Source: Phoronis australis
Lineage: Eukaryota > Animalia > Phoronida
Direction: 5' to 3'
NCBI GenBank assembly: GCA_002633005.1
Contig: NMRA01000428.1
Span: 225,998 to 289,997, forward strand
DNA length: 64,000 bases
The notes beneath the pieces are model-generated. The model was not told the origin of the DNA. It ran no database searches and worked only from the letters and a program-made list of their open reading frames with translations. Shown here piece after piece: positions 61,016 to 64,000 of this stretch; position 1 is the first letter of the stretch; each line of letters begins with the position of its first letter. Both the position numbers and the translations under genes were made by a program.

Positions 61016-64000
61016 TGTGAATGTTGGTTTGTGTGGTCTCGTCTTTCGTGTTGTCTTGTGTGTTTGTGTTCGTCGGTGGGTTTCCGTAATTGGCCGGATG
61101 TTGTAAGTTCTAGTATTGTCACGTGACTGGGGAATCAAGAGAGCTCTCTGTTCGTGTGGCCCTGCTGCACACAGGACGTTTGCGTTTGTGGATCTTCATC
61201 TCAAACGTGTATTCAAGCTTTCATATGAGTAAAGGTAAGCTGCACGAGAACCTGTGTATCAAGTCAGAGCATTTGGCGTAGTTACTACGTGCAGTTTCTA
61301 CCTTTACACCGAGTGGCGCGTAGTTCAAAGTAACTTTCGTGGATTTGTTTCCATTGTCGCTCGGTACCACCCGTGTCGTGGAGGATAGGTGACTGAACAC
61401 GGGTGTTCAGCTGTTTCGTTTATTGCATTCTTCATTTTTGTCTGGTATTGGTATAATTTTTGGTATTATTATTTACTATTTCAGTCTTTGCAGACTTAGT
61501 ATTTCCCTAGTGCCACACCCATTTTGGGCACCTTATAATGACATCCAAGATTGTTATCAATTCTTGTGACGCTGCAACACTGTTGGACCTTCCGGGTATG
61601 ACTACTGATGTTGCTGCTGCAGTTATGGACTTCAGAGCAATATTAGCTATTACTCCGGAGAATGTGTGCAAGATACATTCCAGTTGGAAGCCAACCAAAA
61701 CTCTGCAGAAGTCCATAGATTTTACAGTCCCATGTGGTCTGCCTGAAGATTTGGAGTAGTCAAGGTTTGTGACGAATTTGGTAAGAAAACCTCATCAATA
61801 CTTACCTCTAGCCCTGACTATTCATTTTCCAAGTTGGCAGCTAAACTGACTCCGTCGTCAAAGACTGGTAGTGGCGTTGCTTATGCAAAGTCTCATTCGC
61901 ATACTGGCATGTCACCTACGCCCTCTGGCTCTGGCACTCATTACTTGTCACGTCTCCCACGCAACCTAATCTTTAGTGGCAAGTTAGGTACATGGGAGGA
62001 CTTTCTTTGGAAATTCAGTAATGTTGACCGAGACAATTTTTGGTCAGGTCAAAAATGTAGAACGGAGCTGGGCATGTGCTTGGAAGGTGATGCCTCTCGT
62101 TGGTTTTTCAACCATATTAAAGCTCATCCACACTCAAGTTTCGACCAAATTGTGGATCATATGACCTATCGTTTTGGGGCAGATGTCCAGTGCAATGAAG
62201 TGCACCAACTTAGGTTCCAAGCAGACTTCTAACGAGTCCTTAGAACAATGCGCTGACCGTCTTATAAGTTTATTCTTGTTGGCCTTTCCAGAGGCGAAGG
62301 ACTCTGATGAAGCTCAGGCGGTTCTTCGGTTCTGTTTATGTCTACGGGATAGAGAGGTAGCGCAGTTGGCTATAAACAGTCGACCAAGTACACTCACGGC
62401 TGCCTTGAATGCCGCTAGGTGGTTTTCAACAACCAAAGACTTGATGGCTACTTCCAATTCACCGAAGTCGGAATCTTTTTGTAGAGAAGGGAATATGGAA
62501 GGAGATGAAGTTGCTGTTCGCCAAGTAACCAAAAAGCCAGCTCTTAAGTTCATTCCTCGTGGCTCCTTAGAGTCTCGATAAGATGTTCTTGAGGGTAGGT
62601 GCAATGACTTAGATGCGTCGGTTTCTTTCCTTATGACTGACAATGCTAAGCTTCATAAGAAGATGGATGAGTTAAAGTCTGACCTTTTAGAAAATCGGAG
62701 GGAAGTATCAAATAATTTTAACAAGTTGTTTGCAATGTTACAGACACAGTCGCCGAAGCCACCTTCTCCATCTTCACCAAGAGTTTCACCGAGTTCATCT
62801 CTGGGAAGATCTTCTAATCCTCCTCCCAGGTGTTTCAGGTGTGGAAAGCTGGGTCATTATCAGTCGGCTTGTTGGAATTCTGTTTCAGCTCGTCGAATGA
62901 ACTTTGACCTCCCTGACAGTAAGAAAGTAGTTGGCCTGTTAGGTTTCTTGAAGAAATCGGTTCAGAAATTCGTGAAACGTACTAGTTCGACTGAGGCTTT
63001 CCTTTCCAAGACAGCTGAGTCATCTACTCAGACTGCTGGTGAGTTCTCTGTACCTTCAACTGAAGATGATAGTACTGTATCTAATCCAGTAGATAGTATT
63101 GAAGTTCCAGACTCATCAGTTGATAATATTGCATATGACTCATTGATTACTCAAGATGTTGCAGTTACTGTTTCACAGAGTGTCCCACTAACTCCAGGGG
63201 GGCTGTCTCAGCCTGATTTCATACGAGATGTGGCAGTGAGTAGGAACGTCTGTGTCTCTCCTGCAGCGTCAATTGGTGACTCCGTTCCAGAGACCATCAA
63301 GATTAAGAAGAGTGCACATGCATTTCTTCCCAAAGTAGACAAATGCGTTGGAACTAGGCAAGTGATTACGAATCCTGACTCCAACCCTATACGGGCTACT
63401 CAGTCACTTTCTCCATGTGACCTTGACGAGACAGATTTCGGTCTGTCCGGCATTTTTGCTTCAGATGGTGCAGATAATGAAAAGTTTGATCTGAAACCTG
63501 ATGACTGTTTCATTTATAACAATACAACATCTCCAAATGTTTTAATATTTCAGTCCGCAGATACTGATTTTACTTTCATTATTAATCGTGAGGTCACGCA
63601 ACCAGCAGACCTCATGTTCTGTCCACCATCTGTTAATTTTCTGTAGTAGCTTACTGTGCTACCTTGCTGTTGCTTGTTGTTTTGTGCACTATATGTTCTG
63701 TGTTCATTACTTGTTCATATGGTCCAAATGTTAATAGCTTTTTTTAAAGTAAATTCTTCTTGTCACAAGTTTAAATTTTTTGACCACATGTACCTTGTAA
63801 CTAGTATTTTTCAATTTTTCAAGTATCCCCAGTCATGTACTTTTGTGAAGTATTTAATTTTTTTATTGTAAATCCGGCCACATAGGTTTTAGTTACTCTA
63901 GTATTTTTCGTAGTATAGTTCTTAATTTTTCATAATGTATATTAGACATTGGTCAGTTTATTTTTTACTATTTCATTAGTTAAGGGGGAGTAAAGGTTGG
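61016..64000 (+). mobile_element. Gag-only (pol-less) Gypsy-like LTR element; 3' LTR starts at ~63989 and runs off the window
   Basis: 5' LTR 61016-61308 (TGTGAATGTTGG...ACCTTTACA); PBS-like TGGCGCGTAGT at 61314; PPT AAGGGGG at 63982-63988 followed by AGTAAAGGTTGG, which resembles the LTR start and complements the LTR end. Confidence 0.75.
61538..63646 (+). pseudogene. Disrupted gag: N-terminal HhH (ComEA-like), capsid-like region, coiled coil, CCHC knuckle, S/T/P-rich tail
   Basis: IVINSCDAATLLDLPGM...AAAVMDFR; LIFSGK..WEDF..KF...W...L...LEGDA..WF; ESLEQCADRL; CFRCGKLGHYQSAC; at least two stops and two frameshifts. Confidence 0.8.

Noticed and set aside
60929-61127. Alternative LTR start at TGTCACG (60929 or 61117)
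   Set aside because: 61016 fits better: it resembles the sequence after the PPT and complements the ACCTTTACA end.

Overview
AT-rich, repeat-dense animal (invertebrate-like) genomic DNA with spliceosomal introns and one 17-N gap; all calls are by eye, with no database searches. The left ~34 kb is a tandem array of a minus-strand MFS transporter gene (MFSD4/NaGLT1-like). It holds one complete 4-exon copy (24337->14727, 543 aa by my splicing), one copy running off the left edge, and one internally collapsed copy that still has an ORF. The duplicated blocks give empty versus filled insertion sites for several transposons: TTAA-flanked Kolobok-type elements (two carrying a THAP domain), a Helentron/HINE-like element rich in CTCF-like motifs, and a 4.9-kb TIR element with an IS3-like transposase remnant and two nested LINEs. 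The middle region has THAP and KolX/P2X7-ballast-like remnants and an apparently intact CR1/L2-group LINE. The right end has RTE-X and BEL/Pao remnants, a solo LTR, a class B (Methuselah/adhesion-like) GPCR exon, and a gag-only LTR element whose Gag begins with a ComEA-like helix-hairpin-helix domain, the most unusual item here.
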